Assembly: GCA_051748045.1 (NCBI GenBank)
Contig: JBNJGY010000031.1
Coordinates: forward strand, 1-23,618
Direction of reading: 5' to 3'
DNA length: 23,618 bases
Origin: Thermotogota bacterium
GTDB taxonomy: Bacteria; Thermotogota; Thermotogae; Petrotogales; Petrotogaceae
Part shown: positions 1-9,077 of the stretch, one piece after another
How the letters are laid out: every line of letters starts with the position of its first letter
Position numbering within the stretch: position 1 is the stretch's first letter
The notes under the pieces: generated by a model
What the model was told of the DNA's origin: nothing
What the model saw: the letters and a program-made list of their open reading frames with translations, nothing else
Databases searched by the model: none
Program-made: the position numbers and the translations under genes

Positions 1-11
1 TAACTAATAGT

Positions 12-42
12 AAAAGCCTTTCTTAAAAAAAGAAAGGCTTTT
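12..42. terminator. Intrinsic terminator hairpin (possibly bidirectional) downstream of the 46..1605 gene
   Basis: AAAAGCCTTTCT-N7-AGAAAGGCTTTT inverted repeat with A/T tails, 3 nt past the stop codon of the minus-strand ORF. Confidence 0.75.
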
Positions 43-45
43 GTT

Positions 46-1605
46 TTATAAATAAAAATATTTTAAAAATTCCAAATAGATATACCAGTTTAAATTATCT
101 GTTTTTGTTAAAAATTCTCTATAATAAGCATCACCAAATGCTCTATATTTAGAATTAAATATTTTTATCCCTAATTCCAAATCATCAATGGAGTAATAAG
201 GATTGATCATATAAGTATTTATAAATTCTTCTTCCGTAATATCATAGTCTATATAATCTTCTATATTTAATTTGAAATTTTTGTAATTCGCAAAAATTCG
301 AGGAGTTACAGTTAGATTTTTTATTTCTTCACTATTAAAATATTCAATTCTTAATTCTGTTCTAAAATTATCAAACCCTCTATAGATATTATTAATATCA
401 AAATAAAATGCATTATCAACTTCATTATCATCATTTAATTTAAACTGAATACCATTCAAAATATTTATATTATAATCTTTGCCATATAAAAATGTATTTA
501 AACTAAGTGTTGTTGATGTTGCATCCATAGAACTCAAACCTTTAAAATCATATCTTAATTTCATGAAATGATCATAAGCATTTGTAACTATATAATACCC
601 ATCTTTGAGGTACAAATTAATATTTGGTTTAAATATTAATCCTTTGCCAATAAAGCTTTTCTCATAATAAGTATCAGATAAAAAATTATAATCTATTTCT
701 TTTGAATAGTCATTGTATACTTTATAAGTGAATGATTCTTGTTCAATTGTATTGGTAGCAGAATTAGAGTTATCTTCTATTTCTGATTTTAAATAATCAA
801 CAGTTAATTGATTTTCATTATACCCAAAATCATAATCATAATTAATTTCTAACAATGAATCTGTTTTAAACCCTTTTAATAATCCAGATTTCATATCAAT
901 ATTTAAGTCAAATAAATATTTAATATCATTATATTCAAAATTATCTTTTACATATGAAAAATCATCTTTGTTGTACTTATAAGTTATAACAGAATCATTT
1001 TCAAATTCTACTAATTCATAATTGTTTTCAACAACATTTGTATATTTACTATCAATACTGGATTCTTTTTCTTTAATTTCATTTATATATGAAAAATCTA
1101 TTTCATATTCATTCTTGTTAATTTCTGCTTCATATCCTATACCAAATTCATCATCTTTAATTATATTATCTATATTAATATCTTGATTATTATTATAAGC
1201 TATCATATATCTATTATCTAAATATTTTCCATTTAGATCTTTATAATATAAATATAGATTATCCATTATAAATGTTGGATATAATTTAATTTTCTCTTGA
1301 TTAAGTTGTATTTTTATATTTTTAAACTCTAATTCTAAATTATTAAATTTTAATTCTTGACCATATATATCATCTTCAATTATTTTATTTTTATATTCTA
1401 TATCGACTTTATACTTTATATCTGATTCTTTATCCAGAAAATAATCTTCCGAAGTAAAATTAATAGAAAAATTTGTCCAAGAATCTATCCCATCTGGACT
1501 AAAATATAACCAATATCTAGTTTGAAAATTATTAGGCAATTGTTCAAAGGAAAATGAAACTAACGATACTAATATCAACAAAACAGCAAGAAATATTTTT
1601 TTCAT
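46..1605 (-). CDS. Secreted protein, probable outer-membrane (toga) beta-barrel, possibly a divergent OmpB paralog
   Basis: 519-aa ORF with GGGAGG RBS, Sec signal peptide (MKKIFLAVLLILVSLVSFS), Tyr/Phe/Asn-rich alternating beta-strand pattern, aromatic C-terminal strand (WYIYLEFLKYFYL); lies directly downstream of ompB. Confidence 0.6.
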   Translation of the reverse strand: MKKIFLAVLLILVSLVSFSFEQLPNNFQTRYWLYFSPDGIDSWTNFSINFTSEDYFLDKESDIKYKVDIEYKNKIIEDDIYGQELKFNNLELEFKNIKIQLNQEKIKLYPTFIMDNLYLYYKDLNGKYLDNRYMIAYNNNQDINIDNIIKDDEFGIGYEAEINKNEYEIDFSYINEIKEKESSIDSKYTNVVENNYELVEFENDSVITYKYNKDDFSYVKDNFEYNDIKYLFDLNIDMKSGLLKGFKTDSLLEINYDYDFGYNENQLTVDYLKSEIEDNSNSATNTIEQESFTYKVYNDYSKEIDYNFLSDTYYEKSFIGKGLIFKPNINLYLKDGYYIVTNAYDHFMKLRYDFKGLSSMDATSTTLSLNTFLYGKDYNINILNGIQFKLNDDNEVDNAFYFDINNIYRGFDNFRTELRIEYFNSEEIKNLTVTPRIFANYKNFKLNIEDYIDYDITEEEFINTYMINPYYSIDDLELGIKIFNSKYRAFGDAYYREFLTKTDNLNWYIYLEFLKYFYL

Positions 1606-1624
1606 TTTATAACCTCCCTAAATT

Positions 1625-1660
1625 AAAAGAAACCCGACTATATTACAAGTCGGGTTTTTT
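1625..1660 (-). terminator. Intrinsic terminator after ompB
   Basis: AAACCCGACT-N8-AGTCGGGTTT stem followed on the minus strand by a U-rich tail (CTTTT). Confidence 0.8.
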
Positions 1661-1688
1661 GATTTATAATAAATCAATATTGTTTATC

Positions 1689-3215
1689 TTAGAATGAGAA
1701 TGTAGCTTTAGCAAATAAGTACCAGTGAATAGCTGCAAAGTCTCCCCAGTTTTCTTCTGTACCTACATGTCCACCCATTGATAAGATTGAGTTAGGTGAA
1801 TATGTTGCATCTAAAGTCCATACTGGATCTGCAATATTTTGAATGCTTGCATAGTCACCATTAGCATCTAATGTATAGTTGTATAATGATGCATCAATTG
1901 ATACGTTTTCTACAGGGTAAACAGATACATTAACATCATATGCCATGAATTCATCTGTTACACTAGCCATATCTGTTAAAGGAACTAAATCTCCCATGTC
2001 TGTTAATTCAGCCATATAGTTGAAACCGAACATATCTTCTGTCATTCCACCCCATACTTTTGCTGTTAAACCAAATGGAGTAGCAATTTCAGTTGAATCC
2101 ATTTTACCAAATTGTGCTGATACTTTGAATAATTCATGTAATTCTTCATTAGAGTAAGTAACACCATATTCATATGATAATGCAGGTGATGCACCTAAGT
2201 CATATGTAACTGTGTCATATATTCCAAATACTCCTGCCATACCTAAATCTGCACTAGCGTCTACACCTGCGGATACATATGAAGCTTCTCCTGTGTAATC
2301 AACATGAGCAAATGGGAATGGATTTTCTGTTCTATATTCGAAAACAGCATGTGGAGTAACTGTCATAGATGGGTCATCTACAACTGAGAATGCTCTTTCA
2401 TAGTTTACGTTTAATCTATAAGCTGTTTCATCAAAAGCTGTTATATCAGTAGCTGATTGCATTCCAAACGCAGCTGCCATTGATAAACCTTCAACCATTT
2501 CTGCTCCTGTCCAGTCTGTACCAGCAGCAAAACCCATGAATTTACCTGAAGTTGTTGAAGATTCTAATGTAACAGGTGTTCTATCTTTATTAGCGCCCCA
2601 GAATGCAGCATTAATGTTTCCTAATCCCATATCGTAAGCGAAAGGCATATTAACTGCCATAACATCTCCAGCTACAATAGTTGTAGCAGAATCAGAAGTT
2701 GCATGTCTTGTGTCTAAATTATCTAATGTGATATAAGTGAAATCTAAATCTAATCCTTTGAAGTTAGCTGTCATATATTTTGTTCCTATTGGATCATCAA
2801 TTAAACCATCACCACTTTTATCATAGTTAGCTAAATAGTAAACATTAACTGTATCTTCGTATGGGTAGTTCATGAATCCTAAATTCATCATAGAATCTTC
2901 ATATGTTGCACTTAAGAAAGTTGGAGTCATATCAGATCCAGCTGTATCATAAGCAACATCTGCAGCTGAGAAGTTTAATGTTAATGAAGCTTCTCCATCT
3001 GTAGTTTCACCTGATAAAGCCAAGCTAACTGAATGTTCTGCATTGTATAATACACCATTATCTACAAATAAATCAAAACCTGTTTCTTCAAATAATAATC
3101 CAAATCCTATGCTTCCACTTACACTAGCTGTATAGTTAGGTCCTGAAGCAACTATTCCAGCGAATGAAGCTAATGCCATTGCTAATACGGCTACTATAGC
3201 CACGAGTTTTTTCAT
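1689..3215 (-). CDS. ompB: Major toga beta-barrel/porin (OmpB / Omp-beta-like)
   Basis: 508 aa, signal peptide MKKLVAIVAVLAMALASFA, amphipathic beta-strands, C-terminal beta-signal WYLFAKATFSF, codon usage typical of a highly expressed gene; position after secG-tyrS-ompA matches known Thermotogales synteny (symbol assigned by synteny). Confidence 0.75.
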   Translation of the reverse strand: MKKLVAIVAVLAMALASFAGIVASGPNYTASVSGSIGFGLLFEETGFDLFVDNGVLYNAEHSVSLALSGETTDGEASLTLNFSAADVAYDTAGSDMTPTFLSATYEDSMMNLGFMNYPYEDTVNVYYLANYDKSGDGLIDDPIGTKYMTANFKGLDLDFTYITLDNLDTRHATSDSATTIVAGDVMAVNMPFAYDMGLGNINAAFWGANKDRTPVTLESSTTSGKFMGFAAGTDWTGAEMVEGLSMAAAFGMQSATDITAFDETAYRLNVNYERAFSVVDDPSMTVTPHAVFEYRTENPFPFAHVDYTGEASYVSAGVDASADLGMAGVFGIYDTVTYDLGASPALSYEYGVTYSNEELHELFKVSAQFGKMDSTEIATPFGLTAKVWGGMTEDMFGFNYMAELTDMGDLVPLTDMASVTDEFMAYDVNVSVYPVENVSIDASLYNYTLDANGDYASIQNIADPVWTLDATYSPNSILSMGGHVGTEENWGDFAAIHWYLFAKATFSF

Positions 3216-3275
3216 GAAAAACCAAACCCCCTTTGAAAGTTTTGTAATTTTTTATGTACTTATTAAATCTTTCTT

Positions 3276-3305
3276 ATTATATCATACGTCAAATTCATTT
3301 GTCAA
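3276..3305 (-). promoter_or_regulatory. Strong sigma70-type promoter for ompB
   Basis: Minus strand reads TTGACA (3305-3300)-N18-TATAAT (3281-3276) with an extended -10 TG. Confidence 0.7.
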
Positions 3306-3353
3306 TAAGCATTACAGAATTTATTAACCAAATATTTCTAAACAGTTAATTAA

Positions 3354-4199
3354 TTATGGTAAGAATATTCCAGCGATACCTGCACCTAAACCAGCAATTG
3401 CAACAATCCATAAGAATGCGTTGCTTCCGCCTTCTAATTCATCAATTCTTGTGTTTGCAGCTGCAATTTCTTGATTTAATACATCTATATCGTCTGTATT
3501 AACTGCTACTTTTTTAACTGTTTTTGGATATGTTTCAATCATTGATTCTAATAACATCATTTGATCTGATGATAATTGTGAAGATTTTAATTCTCTTACG
3601 TCTGATCTTATTGAGTCAATGTCATCCATTAACAAGAATAAATCTTGAGATATTGCATCTGCTGAATTTTTAGCTCTGTAAGCAGATCTTTTAACGTCTG
3701 GATAGCTGTTTCTGATATCTGACATTAATTCTTCGTCAGCAGCCATAGCAGCTTCTAAAGCGTCAATTCTTGTGTTTGTAGCATTAATATCTTTTCCTAA
3801 GTCATCAATTTGAGCAAATACATCATATTTTAATTTCAAAATTGCTCTTGTGCTTCTTGATTTGAATTCTTCTAACTCTTCTAAAGAAGCTGGGTCCTCA
3901 TTTACTCTTTTAGATAAAGCTTTTAAAGTTGTTTCCATTCTTTCAATATCTTCAGCTTTTGCAATCATAGGAGAATTTTCTAAATACATGATCGCTCTTG
4001 TTAACCATACTGAAGCTTCTGATCTCATTAACGCTTCTGACCCGTTAAAATTATCTTGATCAGTAGGAACTACACCCTTATTCACAAGGTTCATAACATA
4101 GTCATAAGCCCAGTGATCTTGTTTTACGTCTTCAAATCCTGCTGCAAATGCCGCAACCACAAAAAGTAAAGACAAAAATAGCACCAATGTTTTTTTCAT
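3354..4199 (-). CDS. ompA: Toga anchor protein OmpA / Omp-alpha (SLH domain + coiled coil + C-terminal membrane anchor)
   Basis: Signal peptide, SLH motif (FEDVKQDHWAYDYVMNLVNKGVV...FNGSEALMRSE), long heptad-rich coiled coil, hydrophobic C-terminal tail (AFLWIVAIAGLGAGIAGIFLP); synteny with tyrS and ompB. Confidence 0.85.
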   Translation of the reverse strand: MKKTLVLFLSLLFVVAAFAAGFEDVKQDHWAYDYVMNLVNKGVVPTDQDNFNGSEALMRSEASVWLTRAIMYLENSPMIAKAEDIERMETTLKALSKRVNEDPASLEELEEFKSRSTRAILKLKYDVFAQIDDLGKDINATNTRIDALEAAMAADEELMSDIRNSYPDVKRSAYRAKNSADAISQDLFLLMDDIDSIRSDVRELKSSQLSSDQMMLLESMIETYPKTVKKVAVNTDDIDVLNQEIAAANTRIDELEGGSNAFLWIVAIAGLGAGIAGIFLP

Positions 4200-4250
4200 G
4201 TTTCATTACCCCCTTTTATAAGTGTTGTTAATTATTGTAACCACTATGTA

Positions 4251-4278
4251 ATTATACTACAATTTACTTAAAAATCAA
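4251..4278 (-). promoter_or_regulatory. Putative promoter for ompA
   Basis: Minus strand reads TTGATT-N16-TATAAT. Confidence 0.45.
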
Positions 4279-4299
4279 AAATACTTTTGAAATAATCAC

Positions 4300-5496
4300 T
4301 TAAACAAGAACTATTTTATAAAATTTTCTCTTTCCTATCCTTAATACTTCACCCCCCTTGAGATTTAATTGTTCTTTGAAATCACTAATTTTTTCTTCAT
4401 TAATTTTAACTGCGCCTTGCTTTATCATTCTTTTTGCTTCACTTTTACTTTCAAAAAGATTGTTGTCTATTAATAAGTCCATTATTTCAATTTTATTTTT
4501 TTCAATATTTATCTCTGGCATTTCATCAGGATTATTTTTCTTCTGGAAAATATTTATAAAATGTTTTTTTGCTTTTTCAGCTTCTTCTACAGAATAAAAA
4601 TCTTTTACTATTGATACGCCTAAATCCATTTTTATGTCTCTTGGGTTTGTTTCAGGTTTTTCAAGAAGTTTTTCTATATTTCTTATTTCATCAGAAGTCA
4701 TATCTGTTAAATATTTCATGTATTTGATAATTAAAGTATCAGGAATTGACATAACCTTACCAAACATATCTTCTGGCGTATCCGTAAAAGCAATATAATT
4801 ATCATAACTTTTACTCATTTTAAGATTCCCATCTGTTCCTTCTATGATAGGCATTGTAAGAACAATTTGCGGTTTGATACCGTCTACTTCTTGTAGTTTT
4901 CTACCAACAAGAAGGTTGAATAATTGGTCTGTTCCACCTATTTCAACATCTGATTCAATCATAACAGAATCATAACCTTGTGCAATAGGATACAAAAACT
5001 CTGAAATACTAATTGGTTGATTCGATGTATATCTTTTGTTGAAATCATCTCTTTCTAGCATTCTTGCAACTGTATATTTTGAAGATAACTTTAAAACATC
5101 TTCAAAAGACATTTTATCAAACCATTCACCATTGTATCTCAATGTTGTTTTTTCTTTATCAATAATTCTAAATGCTTGTTCAGCGTATGATTTAGCATTT
5201 TCAATTACATCTTCTTTAGTTAGCATAGGTCTTGTTTTGGATTTTCCAGAAGGATCACCAATCCTAGCAGTAAAATCACCAATTATTAAAATAACCTCAT
5301 GTCCTAAATCTTGAAATTGTTTTAATTTTTTTAAAACAACAGCATGTCCTAAATGTAGATCCGGTCTAGATGGATCTACTCCTAATTTAATTTTTAATTT
5401 TTTCTTTTCTTTCAATTTATTTATAAACTCTTCATCATTTATAAAGTCCATTGTATTTTCTTTTATAATTTTTAGTTGATCTTGTGGCTTAATCAA
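4300..5496 (-). CDS. tyrS: Tyrosine--tRNA ligase
   Basis: HIGH-like HLGH, KMSKS, GGTDQ and C-terminal S4-like domain (SKSEAKRMIKQGAVKIN); TTG start. Confidence 0.97.
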   Translation of the reverse strand: MIKPQDQLKIIKENTMDFINDEEFINKLKEKKKLKIKLGVDPSRPDLHLGHAVVLKKLKQFQDLGHEVILIIGDFTARIGDPSGKSKTRPMLTKEDVIENAKSYAEQAFRIIDKEKTTLRYNGEWFDKMSFEDVLKLSSKYTVARMLERDDFNKRYTSNQPISISEFLYPIAQGYDSVMIESDVEIGGTDQLFNLLVGRKLQEVDGIKPQIVLTMPIIEGTDGNLKMSKSYDNYIAFTDTPEDMFGKVMSIPDTLIIKYMKYLTDMTSDEIRNIEKLLEKPETNPRDIKMDLGVSIVKDFYSVEEAEKAKKHFINIFQKKNNPDEMPEINIEKNKIEIMDLLIDNNLFESKSEAKRMIKQGAVKINEEKISDFKEQLNLKGGEVLRIGKRKFYKIVLV

Positions 5497-5512
5497 AATT
5501 CTTCAACCTCAC

Positions 5513-5749
5513 TTAAGCTAAAACTAAAGTAGTTACAAAACAAGAAAACATGAATATAATCCCGAACCATAATGCCCATTTTGCTGAAGCGTCCATTCCT
5601 TTATCTCTTCCAAAATTAGCTTGAGATGCGCCTCCTCCAAATGCTCCACCTAATTCAGAATTTCTTTGCATTCTTTTCAATGAGAAAAAGATAACTCCTA
5701 CTGATAGTAATAAATGTACTATAACCATTATTATTCCTAAAGCACTCAT
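5513..5749 (-). CDS. secG: Preprotein translocase subunit SecG
   Basis: 78 aa with two TM segments flanking the glycine-rich loop ELGGAFGGGASQANFG; AGGAGG RBS. Confidence 0.9.
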   Translation of the reverse strand: MSALGIIMVIVHLLLSVGVIFFSLKRMQRNSELGGAFGGGASQANFGRDKGMDASAKWALWFGIIFMFSCFVTTLVLA

Positions 5750-5783
5750 TTATGTATCCTCCTTTGTCTTAATTCCATCATAA

Positions 5784-5812
5784 ATTATACATTATTGATA
5801 TTCATATTTCAA
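5784..5812 (-). promoter_or_regulatory. Promoter for secG-tyrS
   Basis: Minus strand reads TTGAAA (5812-5807)-N17-TATAAT (5789-5784). Confidence 0.6.
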
Positions 5813-6008
5813 GTATGAAAAGTATGAAATAGTAAATGTAATGATTGACAGTGAAATAATTATTTATATGTTATCATTTAATAAAGATATTTCATAATTA
5901 CAATATATTTAGATAAATGCTTATAATCAACAATAATAACGGGTATTTGATTTTTACATATATTCTTTAAAATAGTAAAATTTTAATGTAAACTGTAATA
6001 TACTAATC

Positions 6009-6022
6009 AGGAAACGCTTTCA
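6009..6022. promoter_or_regulatory. LacI-family (cre-like) operator, probably autoregulatory
   Basis: AGGAAACGCTTTCA, a 14-bp imperfect palindrome centred on CG that fits TGNAANCGNTTNCA except at position 1; lies 15 nt before the LacI start codon. Confidence 0.65.
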
Positions 6023-6037
6023 ACATTTTAGGAGGTA

Positions 6038-7045
6038 ATGTTATTGAAAAATAACAAAGCAACTACTATAAAAGATGTAGCCAAAAAGGCTAATACCGGT
6101 ATCGCTACTGTTTCCAGAGTTATTAACAATTCTGGAAGAGTTAGTGAAAAGACAAAGGCAAGAATTTTAAAAGCTATAGATGAATTAGGTTATAGTCCAA
6201 ACTTACACGCAAGATCTTTATCTTCAAAAAAAGGTAATTCAATTTCTCTTGTTGTACCAGATATGGGAGAATTTTACGGGATTCTATATAAGAATATGGA
6301 AAAAAAACTTTCTGAAATTGGGTACAGACTTATTGTTTTTCCACTTGTTGATGAAATATCTTTAGCAAAAATAAAAAATAAAACTGATCTTATCTATCAA
6401 ACTGATGCTGTTTTTATATCATCTTTATCAGTTAAAAAGATTTTTGAAGATAAAATCCCACAAAAAAAATTAATATTAATAGACTCAAAAGATGAAAGGT
6501 TTGATTCTATATATATAGATAATTATGAGATTGGCGTAAAAGCTGCGGAATACCTTTTAAACAAGAGTAAATCAAGAGATAAATTCCTCATTATATCATT
6601 TAAAGAACTTGAAAATGATTTTACGTCTCATGTCTTTAAACAAAGAGACCAAGGATTTTTGGATACTTTGAAAAGATACAACAAAAGATGTAAAAGAATT
6701 TATGCTGATCTTTATTGGAATGGTGGATATGAGGCTATGAAAAAATATGTTAAAAAAACAGATATTACAAAAAGCAAAGTTCATATATTTTCAACTTGTG
6801 ATATGCTCGGTTTTGGAGTAAGAAACTTTTTCAATGAAAATAGACTTAAACCAAATATCAATTATAATTTAATAGCAGTAGATGATCTACCTATTAGCGA
6901 AGTAATAGGATTAACAACTGTACAGCAACCACTAAAAACTTTGGCAGAAAAATCAGTTTCCACATTTAAAAGTTTTTTGAAAAATAAAGATAAAAAAATA
7001 ACCCATAAAAAAGTGGATCCAAAAGTAATAATTAGAAAAACTTAA
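6038..7045 (+). CDS. LacI family transcriptional regulator
   Basis: N-terminal HTH TIKDVAKKANTGIATVSRVIN, hinge YSPNLHARSL, periplasmic-binding-like C-domain (LTTVQQP); AGGAGG RBS. Confidence 0.95.
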   Translation: MLLKNNKATTIKDVAKKANTGIATVSRVINNSGRVSEKTKARILKAIDELGYSPNLHARSLSSKKGNSISLVVPDMGEFYGILYKNMEKKLSEIGYRLIVFPLVDEISLAKIKNKTDLIYQTDAVFISSLSVKKIFEDKIPQKKLILIDSKDERFDSIYIDNYEIGVKAAEYLLNKSKSRDKFLIISFKELENDFTSHVFKQRDQGFLDTLKRYNKRCKRIYADLYWNGGYEAMKKYVKKTDITKSKVHIFSTCDMLGFGVRNFFNENRLKPNINYNLIAVDDLPISEVIGLTTVQQPLKTLAEKSVSTFKSFLKNKDKKITHKKVDPKVIIRKT

Positions 7046-7090
7046 AAATAAAAGCTCTGTGTTTATTATTTTACAGAGCTTTTATTTTTT
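7044..7090 (+). terminator. Intrinsic terminator after the LacI gene
   Basis: AAAAATAAAAGCTCTGT-N12-ACAGAGCTTTTATTTTT. Confidence 0.8.
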
Positions 7091-7149
7091 ATGTAATTAT
7101 CTTTTGATATAATTACTATGAAAATGAAATTTTTGTGGAGGTGCTAACT

Positions 7150-8973
7150 TTGTACGAACCGAATTTGATAAGGAATATTTCCATTATCGCTCATATAGAT
7201 CATGGGAAAACAACCCTTGTAGATAGAATACTAGAAATGACTCATAGGGTAGAAGACAGAAAAATGCAAGAACAATACCTTGATATGATGGATTTAGAAA
7301 GAGAAAGAGGAATAACCATCAAGTCTCAACCTGTTAAAATATTTTTTGATTCCAAAGACGGTAACAGATATGAAATTAACATTATTGACACACCAGGGCA
7401 TGTTGACTTTACTTATGAAGTGTCTAGGTCTCTTGCTGCATGTGAAGGTGCTGTTTTATTAGTTGATGCATCTCAAGGTGTCGAAGCGCAAACTGTTACA
7501 AACACTTATTTGGCTTTAGATAATGAACTTGAAATATTGGGAGCAATTAATAAAATTGACCTTCCAAATGCAAACCCAGAAGAAACTATTCTTGAATTAA
7601 ATGATCTTGTAGGAATAGATACTGAGGATATAAAGAAAATATCTGCTAAAACTGGTGATGGTGTTAAAGAGCTGTTAGAACAAATAGTTCAAAAAGTACC
7701 TTCCCCTGCATCAAAAGATCAAAAAGACAAAAAATTAAAAGCTCTTATTTTTGATGCTAAGTATGACAAATATAAAGGAGTTATTATTTATTCAAGAATA
7801 TTTTCTGGTGCAGTTAAAAAAGGCGATAAAATAAAACTAATGAACACAATGGAAACTTATGAAGTTTCAGAAGTAGGAGAATTTCATCCAGAAATGGTTG
7901 AATCAAAAGATTTATCTGCTGGCGAGGTAGGATATATAATAGCAGGTATAAAAGATATAGAAGAAGCAAAAGTTGGAGATACAATAACTTTAGCCAATAA
8001 CCCTATTGAGGAAAAATTACCTGGTTATAAAGAATCGAAACCTATGGTTTACGCAGGGCTTTACCCAGGTTTACCAAAATATTATGAAGAATTGAGAAAA
8101 GCTCTTGAAAAACTTAAACTAAATGATGCTTCTCTTGACTTTGTTCCTGAAAATTCACCTGCTATGGGATTTGGATTTAGATGTGGTTTTTTAGGTCTTT
8201 TACATATGGATGTTATAAAAGAAAGACTTCAAAGAGAATTTGAGTTAGCTGTTATACTTACAGTTCCTAGTGTTGTTTATAAAGCTAAAATGAAAAATGG
8301 TGAAATGGTTGAAATAAACAATCCAGCTGAATTTCCAGATCCGGATCAGATTGATGAAGTTTTTGAACCTTTTTCTAAATTGGATATAATAACTCCTCCA
8401 GAATACATGGGAAATCTAGTTAATTTAGCACAAGTAGATAAAAGAGGGGAATTTTTGTCAGTTTCAAACGCTGGTAAAGACAGAGTTGTACTTCATTTTG
8501 AAATACCAATTGCTGAATTAATATTTGATTTCTTTGATAAAATGAAAGCAATGTCTAGGGGTTATGCTTCTATGGACTATGAATTTACTGAATATAAAAA
8601 ATCAGATCTTAAAAAAGTACGAATTCTGGTAAACAAAGAACCAATTGATGCTTTATCATTTATAGATCATGAATCTAAAGTATATGAGACTTCAAGAAAA
8701 ATTGTTGATAAACTTAAAGATTTAATTCCAAAACATCAGTTTGAATTACCTATTCAAGCTTATGCTGGTGGAAAAATAATTGCAAGGTCTACAATTAAAG
8801 CTTTTAGAAAAGATGTTCTTTCAAAATGTTATGGTGGAGATGTAACAAGGAAAATGAAGCTAATAGAGAAACAAAAAGAAGGTAAAAAGAAGATGCGAGA
8901 AATTGGTAGTGTTAATATTCCTCAGGATGCTTTTCTTGCACTACTCAAGATTAATGAGGAAGACAACAATTAA
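7150..8973 (+). CDS. lepA: Elongation factor 4 (LepA)
   Basis: AHIDHGKTT, ERERGITIK, DTPGHVDF, NKID, GFRCGFLGLLHM, KCYGGDVTRK. Start moved to TTG at 7150 because GGAGGT at 7137-7142 is the RBS (ORF track starts at 7135). Confidence 0.97.
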   Translation: MYEPNLIRNISIIAHIDHGKTTLVDRILEMTHRVEDRKMQEQYLDMMDLERERGITIKSQPVKIFFDSKDGNRYEINIIDTPGHVDFTYEVSRSLAACEGAVLLVDASQGVEAQTVTNTYLALDNELEILGAINKIDLPNANPEETILELNDLVGIDTEDIKKISAKTGDGVKELLEQIVQKVPSPASKDQKDKKLKALIFDAKYDKYKGVIIYSRIFSGAVKKGDKIKLMNTMETYEVSEVGEFHPEMVESKDLSAGEVGYIIAGIKDIEEAKVGDTITLANNPIEEKLPGYKESKPMVYAGLYPGLPKYYEELRKALEKLKLNDASLDFVPENSPAMGFGFRCGFLGLLHMDVIKERLQREFELAVILTVPSVVYKAKMKNGEMVEINNPAEFPDPDQIDEVFEPFSKLDIITPPEYMGNLVNLAQVDKRGEFLSVSNAGKDRVVLHFEIPIAELIFDFFDKMKAMSRGYASMDYEFTEYKKSDLKKVRILVNKEPIDALSFIDHESKVYETSRKIVDKLKDLIPKHQFELPIQAYAGGKIIARSTIKAFRKDVLSKCYGGDVTRKMKLIEKQKEGKKKMREIGSVNIPQDAFLALLKINEEDNN

Positions 8974-9077
8974 TCGCTAATAATTAGTTTTAATTTTAAA
9001 TTTATATATTTGTAAAACTGGTATATTTAATGTATAATATAGACAAATTGATATCATTTTGCATGGGGGTGTATCCT

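Noticed and set aside
46-1605. Horizontally acquired or pseudogenised DNA because of extreme AT content
   Set aside because: ORF is intact with RBS, signal peptide and terminator; no mobility genes; amino-acid composition explains the bias
3850-5314. Short plus-strand ORFs 3850..4059, 4358..4597, 5036..5314
   Set aside because: Antisense shadows of ompA and tyrS; Ser/Phe/Ile-rich, no RBS or motifs
5497-6037. T-box riboswitch upstream of tyrS
   Set aside because: tyrS follows secG after 16 nt; no T-box consensus or leader terminator seen
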